The notes under the pieces: generated by a model
Told to the model about the DNA's origin: nothing
What the model saw: the letters and a program-made list of their open reading frames with translations, nothing else
Databases searched by the model: none
Position numbers and translations under genes: made by a program
Shown: positions 1 through 8,169 of the stretch, one piece after another
How positions within the stretch are numbered: the stretch's first letter is position 1
Layout: each line of letters opens with the position of its first letter
From: a virus
Taxonomy: Duplodnaviria > Caudoviricetes
Strand: one strand, 5' to 3'
Length of the DNA stretch: 47,835 nucleotides
IMG/VR virus record: IMGVR_UViG_3300033485_000025
Span: 1 to 47,835 of that record

Positions 1-52
1 CTGCAGAACATCGGCTAAATTTAAGCTGAAAACCTGATTGGGGTTTAATCAT
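1..52 (-). CDS. terL: Terminase large subunit, N-terminal part (wraps across the window ends)
   Basis: ATG at 52 overlaps the terS stop (ATGA). It reads MIKPQSGFQLKFSRCSA and continues as DILIGGSGAGVGKTF (Walker A) from the far end once the 5-nt overlap is merged. Confidence 0.9.
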   Translation of the reverse strand, partial: MIKPQSGFQLKFSRCSA

Positions 53-567
53 TTAGGGTCTTTTTCCGGTAGGTATATTATGACGTTGCTAGTCTTCTGC
101 TCGTTATCCTTTTCAAAGAACCCAACGTGTTTACCAAGGTTTTCCAATGCCTTTAGTTTATCCGTGGTTTTTACTTCTTTTTGATAACCGACAACAACTC
201 CTTCGGATGTTATTTCGGTACTTTTTATTCCTGCGATAGCCATTGCTGTGTCATCGTCAAGATCGTGAACGTTTTTTAAAGCACCATTTTCATCGTATAT
301 TTTCCGTATATCGAAAGTAGCATGTTTCCTAAACTCATTCTTTATCATCTCTACCGTTACCTCAACCTTGTCAGACACTTTTGCCTTTAAAACTTTAAGA
401 TATTCGATTACTAAAGGTTTTATAAGGTTTTCGGCTCCTATTGCATGGGCTGTGTGTTCTGAATATCCGGCACGTATAGCGGCTTGCGTTCCGTTCAGAT
501 CAACAATATACTCCTCACAAAATTTCTTTTGCTTGTCCGTTAATCCGGTTTCTTTATCAATAGCCAT
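49..567 (-). CDS. terS: Terminase small subunit
   Basis: LTDKQKKFCEEYIVDLNGTQAAIRAGYS and DKLKALENLGKHVG motifs of the Terminase_2 family; directly upstream of terL. Confidence 0.93.
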   Translation of the reverse strand: MAIDKETGLTDKQKKFCEEYIVDLNGTQAAIRAGYSEHTAHAIGAENLIKPLVIEYLKVLKAKVSDKVEVTVEMIKNEFRKHATFDIRKIYDENGALKNVHDLDDDTAMAIAGIKSTEITSEGVVVGYQKEVKTTDKLKALENLGKHVGFFEKDNEQKTSNVIIYLPEKDPK

Positions 568-836
568 TATGCGTTCTTATTGATTGCTTGCCCTGTTTTG
601 ATAAGATTAAATATATCGTAGTTCATTTCCAAAGCCAGCAATACTTGATCGGGCATTAACATAGGTATTCTTTTGCTTATAAATAACATCTCTTTTTGCA
701 GCCGGGTGAATCTCATTTGCTTTTCGTGCTCCGGTGGCAAATCTGTTAATGGTGTTAGTTCGGGTTTATAAACACCATCAATGAGCTTTGTTTCGGCTTT
801 GGGATATAAGTGTATGACCTTCTGAATTTTAACCAT
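567..836 (-). CDS. Hypothetical protein
   Basis: 89-aa ORF translationally coupled to its neighbours. Confidence 0.65.
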   Translation of the reverse strand: MVKIQKVIHLYPKAETKLIDGVYKPELTPLTDLPPEHEKQMRFTRLQKEMLFISKRIPMLMPDQVLLALEMNYDIFNLIKTGQAINKNA

Positions 837-1131
837 TTAACGGGATTATTTTGTTTTCCTTTGGGATTAAAATTTCTTTTGGCTTGCTCTTTAACTCATT
901 AGCCCAAAATACCGCAGCTTGGTCTTCGAGATACTTAATCGCTAATACTGCGTTTCCTTCATCCATTTGTGATATATGGCTATTCATTAAATGAAGAACT
1001 TGGGCTACACCTCCGAAAAAAGCCTTTTTCGTTTCTGATTTTTGAACCGGATGCATTTTATCTTTTGCAATTCCGCACTGATCGAGGTAGAAGTCGTACT
1101 GTTTTTCTAAATTTAACGGCTCAATGTTCAT
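829..1131 (-). CDS. Hypothetical phage protein, first gene of the late arm
   Basis: 100-aa ORF with an ETKKAFFGG motif; starts 4 nt after a -7 promoter element. Confidence 0.7.
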   Translation of the reverse strand: MNIEPLNLEKQYDFYLDQCGIAKDKMHPVQKSETKKAFFGGVAQVLHLMNSHISQMDEGNAVLAIKYLEDQAAVFWANELKSKPKEILIPKENKIIPLNG

Positions 1132-1135
1132 TTTA

Positions 1136-1166
1136 CAAAGATAGCAAAAGTTTTTAATTTAACAAA
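1136..1166 (-). promoter_or_regulatory. Bacteroidota sigma-A-type promoter, probably giving a leaderless transcript
   Basis: On the - strand: TTTG (1166-1163), 19-nt spacer, TATCTTTG (1143-1136). This matches TTTG-N19-21-TAnnTTTG. Confidence 0.75.
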
Positions 1167-1277
1167 TTTTAGGGTAGCATCTTATTTGTAGTACAATAGC
1201 GTATTATTTTAAATAAATCGGAAATACCGATTTTGTGGCCAAATTAACAACTCAATGAAATCAACTGTTTCAGCGTG

Positions 1278-1631
1278 TTATGCAAACCTAAATGATGAAG
1301 ATTTTTTTATTAGTTTCTTTGCGCCTACCTTTTTATACCCATTATGAACTTTATTAAAAAGATTAAATCCTAAATAATTATAATATATGATTAAATGCTT
1401 TTCTTGATCTAAAGCGTCGCCTTTGTTGTCAAAAACGTCCAAAACAACAATAGAAGGCATTAAGTTATTTTCTATCAAAGATTTAATCCACTTATATTTT
1501 AACTCTGATTCAAACTCTACTACATGTCCGTGTAATCTTTTATTGATATTCTTATTTCTTGTTACTCCAATATATCTTATTTTGTTAGTTTTTGGACAAA
1601 CAAGCGCATATATACTATAATTTTCTTTCAT
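1278..1631 (-). CDS. GIY-YIG endonuclease, free-standing homing-endonuclease-like
   Basis: SIYALVCPKTNKIRYIG followed by RLHGH and a downstream Glu, the GIY-YIG catalytic motif order. Confidence 0.8.
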   Translation of the reverse strand: MKENYSIYALVCPKTNKIRYIGVTRNKNINKRLHGHVVEFESELKYKWIKSLIENNLMPSIVVLDVFDNKGDALDQEKHLIIYYNYLGFNLFNKVHNGYKKVGAKKLIKKSSSFRFA

Positions 1632-1641
1632 TTTTTTATTT

Positions 1642-1649
1642 CAAATATA
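1642..1649 (-). promoter_or_regulatory. Putative -7 promoter element for the GIY-YIG gene
   Basis: TATATTTG on the - strand, 10 nt upstream of the ATG. Confidence 0.5.
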
Positions 1650-1721
1650 CCAATAAATACAGACGTTTTGTTATTTCTATTTAACATAATAAAAAATAGT
1701 TTGAAAATACTTTAAAATAAA

Positions 1722-1754
1722 TTAGGAACCTATGTACTTAGGTACTTACATTTG
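1722..1754 (+). promoter_or_regulatory. Putative early promoter with an overlapping operator-like repeat
   Basis: TACATTTG at 1747-1754, preceded by the inverted repeat ACCTA-N6-TAGGT and tandem GTACTTA. It lies at the head of the + arm. Confidence 0.55.
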
Positions 1755-1795
1755 TCCTATCAAATTAAAACAAACAAATTAAAACCCTTGCAAAA

Positions 1796-2044
1796 ATGAA
1801 AACTACAAAAAAATTAAAAAACGTAAAAATTTTAAAAACTAAAATTGCTTATTTTGCTGGCAATCAAAAAGGAATGAAAGGTTTTGACACCGTTATCTTC
1901 AGGACTGCAAAAGGAGAAGTATATGAGTGCTCGTGGGGATTGAACATCCAATTGTCATTTGTTCTTGCTCACCCTGATAGATTATTTATGAATACAGGTC
2001 TTGGAAGTAATTACGAATTGATTTTTAAAAAATCAATTTTATAG
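1796..2044 (+). CDS. Hypothetical protein, first early gene
   Basis: 82-aa ORF with an A-rich leader downstream of the promoter. Confidence 0.65.
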   Translation: MKTTKKLKNVKILKTKIAYFAGNQKGMKGFDTVIFRTAKGEVYECSWGLNIQLSFVLAHPDRLFMNTGLGSNYELIFKKSIL

Positions 2045-2073
2045 TTCTTGCACTTGCAAGGTAGCAAGTGGTA

Positions 2074-2134
2074 AGCGAAGTGTTTGCAGAAATGCGATGA
2101 CAGGTAAAAGTGGTTCGATTCCACCCTTCGCTCA
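2074..2134 (+). ncRNA. tRNA-like element (acceptor stem and T-arm, no anticodon arm)
   Basis: AGCGAAG(2074-80)/CTTCGCT(2126-32) 7-bp stem; GTGG-TTCGATT-CCAC T-arm; internal TTGCA-GAAA-TGCGA hairpin. Confidence 0.5.
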
Positions 2135-2329
2135 AAAAAAATAATAGCTAAGTAACGTGAATTAACACGTACCAATGGGATTAGCGTTATTATGGAGGTT
2201 GCTAAACACCGCCCATGAATTAAAAAGAAAGCTACTCCAAGCGACATCAGCAAGGAAATAACACTACTATTGCCTATATTTGAGGCTTGGTATCGAATGC
2301 GAATAGTAGTGCAAACTAATAAAAACAAA

Positions 2330-2491
2330 ATGAAAAAAGAACAAACAACAAAAACAAGAATTTGGTACGACTTTAAAACTACCAAAGTAAAACAGGCAGC
2401 GCAAATGTACGCACTAAAGAATGGCACTTCTATTCAAGCAATGATTGAAGAAGCTATGCAATCGAAATTTCCAAAACTAATAAAGCCATGA
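2330..2491 (+). CDS. Small ribbon-helix-helix-like DNA-binding protein
   Basis: Likely ATG at 2330. RIWYDF strand followed by KQAAQMYALKNGTSIQAMIEEAM, an RHH-like pattern. Confidence 0.55.
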   Translation: MKKEQTTKTRIWYDFKTTKVKQAAQMYALKNGTSIQAMIEEAMQSKFPKLIKP

Positions 2492-2661
2492 TTTACTTTG
2501 GAAGTCAAAATATAAATCCTCCATCATTTTACGAAAAAGATGTTGAGGCTTCAGAAATGAGACGGTGCAATGAGTGTGATCGCTCTTTTAATGAAGAAGA
2601 AATGCACCACATAAGAGTTGCGAATCACTTTGTCTGGCGTTGTGTAGAATGTGATTATTAA
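2488..2661 (+). CDS. Small zinc-finger protein (57 aa, not in the ORF track)
   Basis: ATGA coupling to the upstream gene; CNEC...CVEC. Confidence 0.65.
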   Translation: MIYFGSQNINPPSFYEKDVEASEMRRCNECDRSFNEEEMHHIRVANHFVWRCVECDY

Positions 2662-2687
2662 ATTGAAAACAATTTTAAATTAATGAT

Positions 2688-2876
2688 ATGATACAAATAC
2701 AAAAATTGCACGAATCAATACACTCGATAGAGGAAAGGATAGAAACACTTCAAAGCATCATTGAAGATAAAGGTTCAACTGATTACGATGTTGCTTTAGC
2801 GATCACAAAACAGTGCAAATTGCAAAATGATTTAGACTTCTTTCAAACCGAATTAACTAAAATCGCAAACGCATGA
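2688..2876 (+). CDS. Hypothetical coiled-coil protein
   Basis: 62-aa ORF within the operon. Confidence 0.6.
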   Translation: MIQIQKLHESIHSIEERIETLQSIIEDKGSTDYDVALAITKQCKLQNDLDFFQTELTKIANA

Positions 2877-3139
2877 CAAACCTAGAATTTAAAATAGAAA
2901 AGGAAAGACAGCTAATCGCTCTTAATTCGGATGCTGTTAGAACCTCCGTTGTAGAACATGAAAGCACTCAGGAGATTGAGCAATACGCCTCTGAAAAAGG
3001 GTTGCACGTTTTTAATCCGTTTGAAGGATTCGAAAATGAATACAAATATTTCTCAGTTTCTTTTCCTGATAGCGGACACAGGATCGAGGTAAGATCAAAA
3101 GAGAAATGGAAAAAAGAAGTAACGCTAATCTCATACTAA
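2873..3139 (+). CDS. Hypothetical protein
   Basis: 88-aa ORF with ATGA coupling. Confidence 0.65.
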   Translation: MTNLEFKIEKERQLIALNSDAVRTSVVEHESTQEIEQYASEKGLHVFNPFEGFENEYKYFSVSFPDSGHRIEVRSKEKWKKEVTLISY

Positions 3140-3140
3140 T

Positions 3141-3314
3141 ATGGTAAAGGGTGATATGGTGCGGTGGGATGGTGAAGGTGTTTTGCCAACATACGGAGTA
3201 ATACTATCAATTACTAATGAAGTTGCAAGGGTTGAATACAGTGATATTAATGCTCAGGAATACAAAGTAATACCAAAAAATATAAGTGAACTAACTAAAA
3301 TCGGATCTAAATAA
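3141..3314 (+). CDS. Hypothetical small protein (57 aa, not in the ORF track)
   Basis: MVKGDMVRWDG...KIGSK fills the gap exactly and is coupled to the next ATG. Confidence 0.6.
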   Translation: MVKGDMVRWDGEGVLPTYGVILSITNEVARVEYSDINAQEYKVIPKNISELTKIGSK

Positions 3315-3508
3315 TGGCAACAGTATTCCTAACTAAATCAGAAAATAAACCGCAAATAGGGTTTAATCATATTGCAAGCATGTCTGCTTATTGTGCTTCC
3401 TTAAAAGAGTTTTTATTTTCTAATGAGATTAACGATGTATCAAAAGAAATTGAGGTTACTAAAGAAATAAGAAATACCGAACAATGGTTAAAAGAGCAAA
3501 CAACATGA
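3314..3508 (+). CDS. Hypothetical protein
   Basis: 64-aa ORF with TAATG coupling. Confidence 0.6.
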   Translation: MATVFLTKSENKPQIGFNHIASMSAYCASLKEFLFSNEINDVSKEIEVTKEIRNTEQWLKEQTT

Positions 3509-3627
3509 TAACACACTTACTATCGCTTATCCAGAATAAAATAATTCAGATAGGCAGAAACAGAAGAAAGAATAAAAACCATAAACAGTCTTTGAAGGAC
3601 TGGAAGAAATCTCAAATATTTTAAAGT

Positions 3628-3843
3628 ATGGAAATGAATTTAATTAAATGCGGTACGGAAGCTAAAACAAAATTAGCGGGAATGGATGCGATTGTAACAG
3701 CAATAAGCATACGGTTTAATAGGGCAACATACGAATTAAGCTACTTCTATAATGGCGAATACAAAACTGTATGGCTCGATGAAAGCGAGTTTGAAACAAG
3801 TAAAAATAAAAAATGCAAAATAGGTTTTAAAAATCACGATTAA
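3628..3843 (+). CDS. Hypothetical small beta-barrel (SH3-like) protein
   Basis: 71-aa ORF with a C-terminal IGF motif. Confidence 0.6.
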   Translation: MEMNLIKCGTEAKTKLAGMDAIVTAISIRFNRATYELSYFYNGEYKTVWLDESEFETSKNKKCKIGFKNHD

Positions 3844-3863
3844 TAATTAAAAACTTAAAAACA

Positions 3864-4094
3864 ATGGAAACAGAAACAACACACACAAATTATCCTTCTC
3901 GTTTTAAAATAGGGCAAGAAGTTGATTTAGATTTTGGCAACTCAAAGTATTTAAAAAATGTAAAGGTTGTAGGAATACACTTTACCGAAAGCAAAATAAG
4001 CTACGATATTTTAGTGCCTTATCAATTTAATGACGAGTCGTTCACCTTAGAAAAAGTTGACAGCACAGTAGTTGTTGACTGTATGACCAAATAA
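3864..4094 (+). CDS. Hypothetical small beta-barrel (SH3-like) protein
   Basis: SRFKIGQEV...VVGIHF...ISYDI pattern. Confidence 0.6.
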   Translation: METETTHTNYPSRFKIGQEVDLDFGNSKYLKNVKVVGIHFTESKISYDILVPYQFNDESFTLEKVDSTVVVDCMTK

Positions 4095-4121
4095 AAAAAT
4101 CCCTCAGTTACTAGCTGAGGG
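4092..4121. terminator. Stem-loop, terminator-like on the - strand or an mRNA stabiliser
   Basis: A-tract followed by TCCCTCAG-TTACTAG-CTGAGGGA. Confidence 0.5.
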
Positions 4122-4147
4122 AAGTATTAACCAAAATAAATAATAAG

Positions 4148-4849
4148 ATGGAAACAAAATTAGAAAATCAAATCGACTTATCCAAATTAAGGGATACAAT
4201 GCCCTACCAATGGAGGGTTCAATCATTCAGCAAACTAAAACCCTCTTGCACCTGTGTCGCTTACATAGATGCAAGGGACGTAATGAATCGCTTGGATTTA
4301 GTTGCGGGAGTTGGTAATTGGCAAGATGATTACAGAGTAATTAATAATCAGTTATTCGCAGGTATCGGGATTTATGTTAACGGTCAATGGATATGGAAGT
4401 GGGACACAGGAACCGAAAGCCAAACGGAAAAAGAAAAAGGTATTGTTTCGGATAGCTTTAAAAGAGCGGCTGTAAAATGGGGCGTTGGACGCTTCTTGTA
4501 CGATTTGGCAATTCAATACTTAGATGCTAACGAAAAGAAAACCGATGGCAATTACCCTTATCCAATTGATGAACAAAGCAAAAGGGTTTGGGACGTTACA
4601 AAGTTTGTCAATGATAAAGTTGCTAAAGGAGCCACACCAAAAGCTTCACCCGCTGAAACAGCAAAGCCTATCGCAAAGGCAGACACAAAACTTGCTATTA
4701 ATGAAAAGCAATTTGAAAGAATCCTAGAGAGAATGAATAAAGGGGAAAACGGAGTTTACGAAAACTCTTTAAAGGCTTTCATTTTTACCGAAGACCAAAG
4801 AGCCGAATTAGAATTAGCTAAATCAAATCAACCTATAATAACTAAATAA
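4148..4849 (+). CDS. Rad52/22-family (Sak-like) single-strand annealing protein
   Basis: AYIDARDVMNRLD...GNWQDDY...WKWDTG...EKGIVSDSFKRAAVKWGVGRFLY. Confidence 0.88.
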   Translation: METKLENQIDLSKLRDTMPYQWRVQSFSKLKPSCTCVAYIDARDVMNRLDLVAGVGNWQDDYRVINNQLFAGIGIYVNGQWIWKWDTGTESQTEKEKGIVSDSFKRAAVKWGVGRFLYDLAIQYLDANEKKTDGNYPYPIDEQSKRVWDVTKFVNDKVAKGATPKASPAETAKPIAKADTKLAINEKQFERILERMNKGENGVYENSLKAFIFTEDQRAELELAKSNQPIITK

Positions 4850-4850
4850 A

Positions 4851-5345
4851 ATGAAATTAAAACTATATGAAATTCAGCAAGAGTATATAAGGCTCGCTGA
4901 GCAGCTAATTGATGCAGGTGGAGAGGCAACCGATGAGCTTTCAGAAGCTCTCGCAATTAACCAACAAAATTTAGAAACGAAGGGTACGAATTACGGCTTT
5001 ATAGTAAAGCAAATGGAAAGCGAAGTTGATATTATTGATTCTGAAATATCCCGTTTAACAGCTTTGAAAAAGTCCCGCAGCAAATCTATTGACAGATTAA
5101 AAGAAACGCTCTCAATGGCTATGGAATTGTACGGTATCAAGGAAATCAAAACACCTGTTTTAACAATCAATTTCAGAAAATCGGAAAGCGTGGAAATTAT
5201 AAACGAATCGCAGTTGCCAAAAATTTACATGGTTGAAAAAACAACTACACAACCTGACAAAGCAATGATAAAAGAAGCCTTGAAATCAGGAGCGGAAATT
5301 GAAGGGGCGATTTTAAAAACAAATAAAAATATCCAAATAAAATAA
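4851..5345 (+). CDS. Siphovirus Gp157-family protein
   Basis: KLYEI N-terminus, coiled coil, FRKSESVEI and PDKAMIKEALKSGAEIEGA. Confidence 0.88.
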   Translation: MKLKLYEIQQEYIRLAEQLIDAGGEATDELSEALAINQQNLETKGTNYGFIVKQMESEVDIIDSEISRLTALKKSRSKSIDRLKETLSMAMELYGIKEIKTPVLTINFRKSESVEIINESQLPKIYMVEKTTTQPDKAMIKEALKSGAEIEGAILKTNKNIQIK

Positions 5346-5692
5346 TGAAAATAATTATTGAGGCTCAAATAGATGGAATAGCATCAAAGGTTGATGGTAC
5401 TGTAAGTATAAAAATTGGAACACAGGAGCTTGATAAAAATTCAGCGGGCGACCTGTTTGGATTAAGAGGAAAGCATTGTAAGGTTCTTATTTCGGATTCA
5501 AACATAACCAAACTAGAGGAGGAGATTGTAGATAGTCAGCCGCTTGTTTCAGGAACAAAACACAAAACCGATAGCCAAAGATTAAGAGCCGTTTTATTTC
5601 GTTATGCAGAGCAACAACAAACGGATTTTGAATTATTTTATAAAACAGAAATGAATAAAGTAATTGAACATTACCGATCTAAACTGGACTAA
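5345..5692 (+). CDS. Conserved hypothetical phage protein
   Basis: KTDSQRLRAVLFR...FELFYKTEMNKVIEHY motif, seen in phage recombination modules. Confidence 0.7.
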   Translation: MKIIIEAQIDGIASKVDGTVSIKIGTQELDKNSAGDLFGLRGKHCKVLISDSNITKLEEEIVDSQPLVSGTKHKTDSQRLRAVLFRYAEQQQTDFELFYKTEMNKVIEHYRSKLD

Positions 5693-5832
5693 TGCGAGCA
5701 TTCTTAAACACAATAGCCCTTAACACAGCGAAATATATTTTGGACAGGTTTTTACTTTACCCAATACTGATAGTGCTTTTGCTTGTTACTTATCTTCTTT
5801 TAGTTTGCATGAAAAAGTTAAATATAAAATGA
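5692..5832 (+). CDS. Small membrane protein (46 aa, not in the ORF track)
   Basis: Coupled at both ends; hydrophobic stretch FLLYPILIVLLLVTYLLLVC. Confidence 0.55.
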   Translation: MRAFLNTIALNTAKYILDRFLLYPILIVLLLVTYLLLVCMKKLNIK

Positions 5833-6377
5833 AAGCCCCTACAAGAAAGTGTTTAGTGTGTAAAAGTAAATTTAAAGTTCTTTCAAATAGTCATTGGCTT
5901 TGCTCTGTGGAATGCGCTAAAGTAAAAGGAAATGAAGCGGTTGAAAAGAAAAAGGAGCAAATTAAAAAGAAGGATTGGACTAGAGAAAAAGCGATTATAA
6001 AACAAAGTCTTTTAAATCATGCGGACTACATAAAGTTATTTCAAAAGGTTTTTAATACGTTCATCCGGGTTAGGGACAAAGATTTAGGTTGCGTGAGTTG
6101 CGGCAGAATGAATGTTGAGGAATTTCATGCAGGGCATTACATAGCAACAACAAAACAATATTTAAGATTTAATGAAAATAATGTTTGGAAGCAATGCAGT
6201 CAATGTAACACGCATCTAAGAGGAAATCTAATACCATACCGAATTGAATTAATAAAAAGAATCGGACTTGAAGAAGTTGAAAATTTAGAAAACAACAGGA
6301 ACAAAGAATTAGAATTAAGCATACCTGAAATAAAAGAACTAATAATTACTTATAAAACTAAAATAAAAAACTTATGA
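5829..6377 (+). CDS. ninG: NinG/Rap-family recombination endonuclease
   Basis: RKCLVCK...CSVECA; QKVFNTFIRVRD, GCVSCG, HAGHY, LRFNENN, QCSQCN, GNLIPYRIELIKRIG. Likely ATG at 5829. Confidence 0.9.
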   Translation: MKAPTRKCLVCKSKFKVLSNSHWLCSVECAKVKGNEAVEKKKEQIKKKDWTREKAIIKQSLLNHADYIKLFQKVFNTFIRVRDKDLGCVSCGRMNVEEFHAGHYIATTKQYLRFNENNVWKQCSQCNTHLRGNLIPYRIELIKRIGLEEVENLENNRNKELELSIPEIKELIITYKTKIKNL

Positions 6378-7147
6378 AAAAATCAATTAAAGAATTTTGC
6401 GAAAAACATAATATCACCGAAGATCAATTTTACGGAAGGGCTACTGTGGGCGGTTACCTTTACCTGCGAAGTGTTACATCATTGCCTGACGGTTTCAATC
6501 CTACTGTGGGCGGTTACCTTGACCTCGGAAGTGTTACATCATTGCCTGACGGTTTCAATCCTACTGTGGGCGGTGACCTTTACCTCGGAAGTGTTACATC
6601 ATTGCCTGACGGTTTCAATCCTACTGTGGGCGGTTACCTTTTTACAAAAAATTCAAGAAAAAAAATAGGAGCCAATGTTGAAAGACCGAAAATAAATAAA
6701 AACTTTTTTTGGAAGAAGAATAAAACATACGCTCGTATTGATGGAATATTCTGTGAAATATTAATAGAAAAAGAAAGCAAGGGGTATGCCATTTATTCCG
6801 CAAAAAAAGTAAACAAAGAAGAATACTTTTTTATCGCCAATAAAGACAGCTTTTGTGCTCACGGCAAAGACCTAAAAACAGCGATCAAGGATTTAGAATT
6901 TAAAATAGTTGCCGAAAAGCTAAAGAAAGAGCCGATAAAAAAAGATACAGTTTTTTCAATCATGTATTACCGCACATTAACGGGGGCTTGTGAAATGGGC
7001 TGTAAGTCTTGGATGCAATCAAATAACATTCCTTTGACTGACAAAGAAGGCAACGAAACAACCATTAAAGCAGTTGATCTGTTGCCACTTCTTAAAAAAT
7101 CAAACGCTTACGGGTATGATAAATTCAAATCATTAATCACTTTTTAA
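6374..7147 (+). CDS. Protein with 20-aa LRR-like repeats (GGxLxLxSVTSLPDGFNPTV)
   Basis: About 3.3 repeats followed by a C-terminal domain with AHG and YRTLTGACEMGC motifs. Confidence 0.75.
   Translation: MKKSIKEFCEKHNITEDQFYGRATVGGYLYLRSVTSLPDGFNPTVGGYLDLGSVTSLPDGFNPTVGGDLYLGSVTSLPDGFNPTVGGYLFTKNSRKKIGANVERPKINKNFFWKKNKTYARIDGIFCEILIEKESKGYAIYSAKKVNKEEYFFIANKDSFCAHGKDLKTAIKDLEFKIVAEKLKKEPIKKDTVFSIMYYRTLTGACEMGCKSWMQSNNIPLTDKEGNETTIKAVDLLPLLKKSNAYGYDKFKSLITF
6441..6640 (+). repeat. 60-bp near-perfect tandem repeat, about 3.3 copies
   Basis: Units start at 6441, 6501, 6561 and 6621 and differ only at unit positions 15, 21, 26 and 27. Confidence 0.97.
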
Positions 7148-7148
7148 A

Positions 7149-7298
7149 ATGAAACACGAAATAAAAAACCTTCTCTATTCCGATAACCTCGAAGAAAGTA
7201 TAGAGGAATATGCAGAAGAAAAAGTATGTATGGCAGTTAGTAGAACTGTTTTAATGATGGTAGGGTTGGGAGTGGTAATTTATTTAATTATTGGGTAA
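7149..7298 (+). CDS. Small membrane protein (49 aa, not in the ORF track)
   Basis: C-terminal hydrophobic helix; TAATG coupling. Confidence 0.5.
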   Translation: MKHEIKNLLYSDNLEESIEEYAEEKVCMAVSRTVLMMVGLGVVIYLIIG

Positions 7299-7651
7299 TG
7301 GAAATAAGGGAAAATATTACGCTTTACGTTTGCGATTTCTGTAAAAAGAAATTAATAAGGAAACATGCGATGGTTAAGCATGAATTTATTTGCTCGATGA
7401 ATCCTAAAAATCATGCGGCGTGTTCGGATTGTGTTTTTTTAATAGAAGGGCAAACGGAGGTTCACAATGAAAACAATGACGGCTATGGTGTTCGTGGTGT
7501 TATACAAAAGACATTCTATTGCGAAAAGTTAAATAAAAATATGTACCCATTTAAAGTTGTAAGAAAAGGGTTGCTTGAAAAATACCCTGAAACTTTTGAA
7601 GGAATGGAGCAAATGCCGAATAATTGTAGCGATTGGAACTATACAAAATAA
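7298..7651 (+). CDS. Cys-rich zinc-binding protein
   Basis: YVCDFCKK...KHEFIC..NP...CSDC. Confidence 0.7.
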   Translation: MEIRENITLYVCDFCKKKLIRKHAMVKHEFICSMNPKNHAACSDCVFLIEGQTEVHNENNDGYGVRGVIQKTFYCEKLNKNMYPFKVVRKGLLEKYPETFEGMEQMPNNCSDWNYTK

Positions 7652-7788
7652 TGACTTACGAAGACTGTTTAAGCCGAGTAAAGAAAATAAATTCAGATTT
7701 AGTTGATCTCGGATTTAGCTCAGAAGAAATTGAAAAGTTTTGGGTTGATATTTTCGATCAATGTGAAAAACAAATAAAACTATTTTAA
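7651..7788 (+). CDS. Hypothetical small protein (45 aa, not in the ORF track)
   Basis: Fills the gap with TAATG coupling. Confidence 0.5.
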   Translation: MTYEDCLSRVKKINSDLVDLGFSSEEIEKFWVDIFDQCEKQIKLF

Positions 7789-7789
7789 T

Positions 7790-8086
7790 ATGCACAACAC
7801 AGCCTCTACATCAATAGAAAATTATCACTTTAAAATAAAAGGTGAGCATGAAGATAAAGAGAATGAAAGAGTTCTCGATGCTGTCAAGAGACTACAGCCA
7901 TGTACCGGTAGGGTTATCTGGCAGAGCTTAAATAAAGAAATAGAAAACAGTTCAATAGCTCGTTGTCTAAATAATTTAAAAAAGGGAAACAAAATAATAA
8001 GTCCTTATTCGGATAAATGCCCTGTTACAGGAGTTAAAGTTCAGTGGTATGTTACAGTAGATAACGGACAAACAAAATTGTGTTAA
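7790..8086 (+). CDS. Winged-helix-like DNA-binding protein
   Basis: TSIENY...PCTGRVI...SSIARCLNNLKK...KCPVTG. Confidence 0.6.
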   Translation: MHNTASTSIENYHFKIKGEHEDKENERVLDAVKRLQPCTGRVIWQSLNKEIENSSIARCLNNLKKGNKIISPYSDKCPVTGVKVQWYVTVDNGQTKLC

Positions 8087-8125
8087 CATGAAAACTATTG
8101 ATCTATTTGGAAAATAATATAAAAT

Positions 8126-8157
8126 AATAGTTTGTATTGAAACTATTATTATATTTG
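8126..8157 (+). promoter_or_regulatory. Putative middle promoter with a palindromic operator
   Basis: TATATTTG at 8150-8157; AATAGTTT-N6-AAACTATT palindrome at 8126-8147. Confidence 0.6.
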
Positions 8158-8169
8158 CAATCTAAATTA

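Noticed and set aside
1679-1706. dif/Xer site (ATTTAACATAA equals the XerD arm)
   Set aside because: No recognisable XerC arm at 6-bp spacing, and an AT-rich 11-mer can occur by chance in this genome.
2011-2427. 138-aa - strand ORF
   Set aside because: Antisense to the early operon and to the structured RNA region, with no recognisable motifs; probably a shadow ORF.
6441-6640. CRISPR array or DGR template/variable repeat
   Set aside because: The units are contiguous with no unique spacers and are in-frame coding. No reverse transcriptase or adenine-bearing template copy is visible in the genome.
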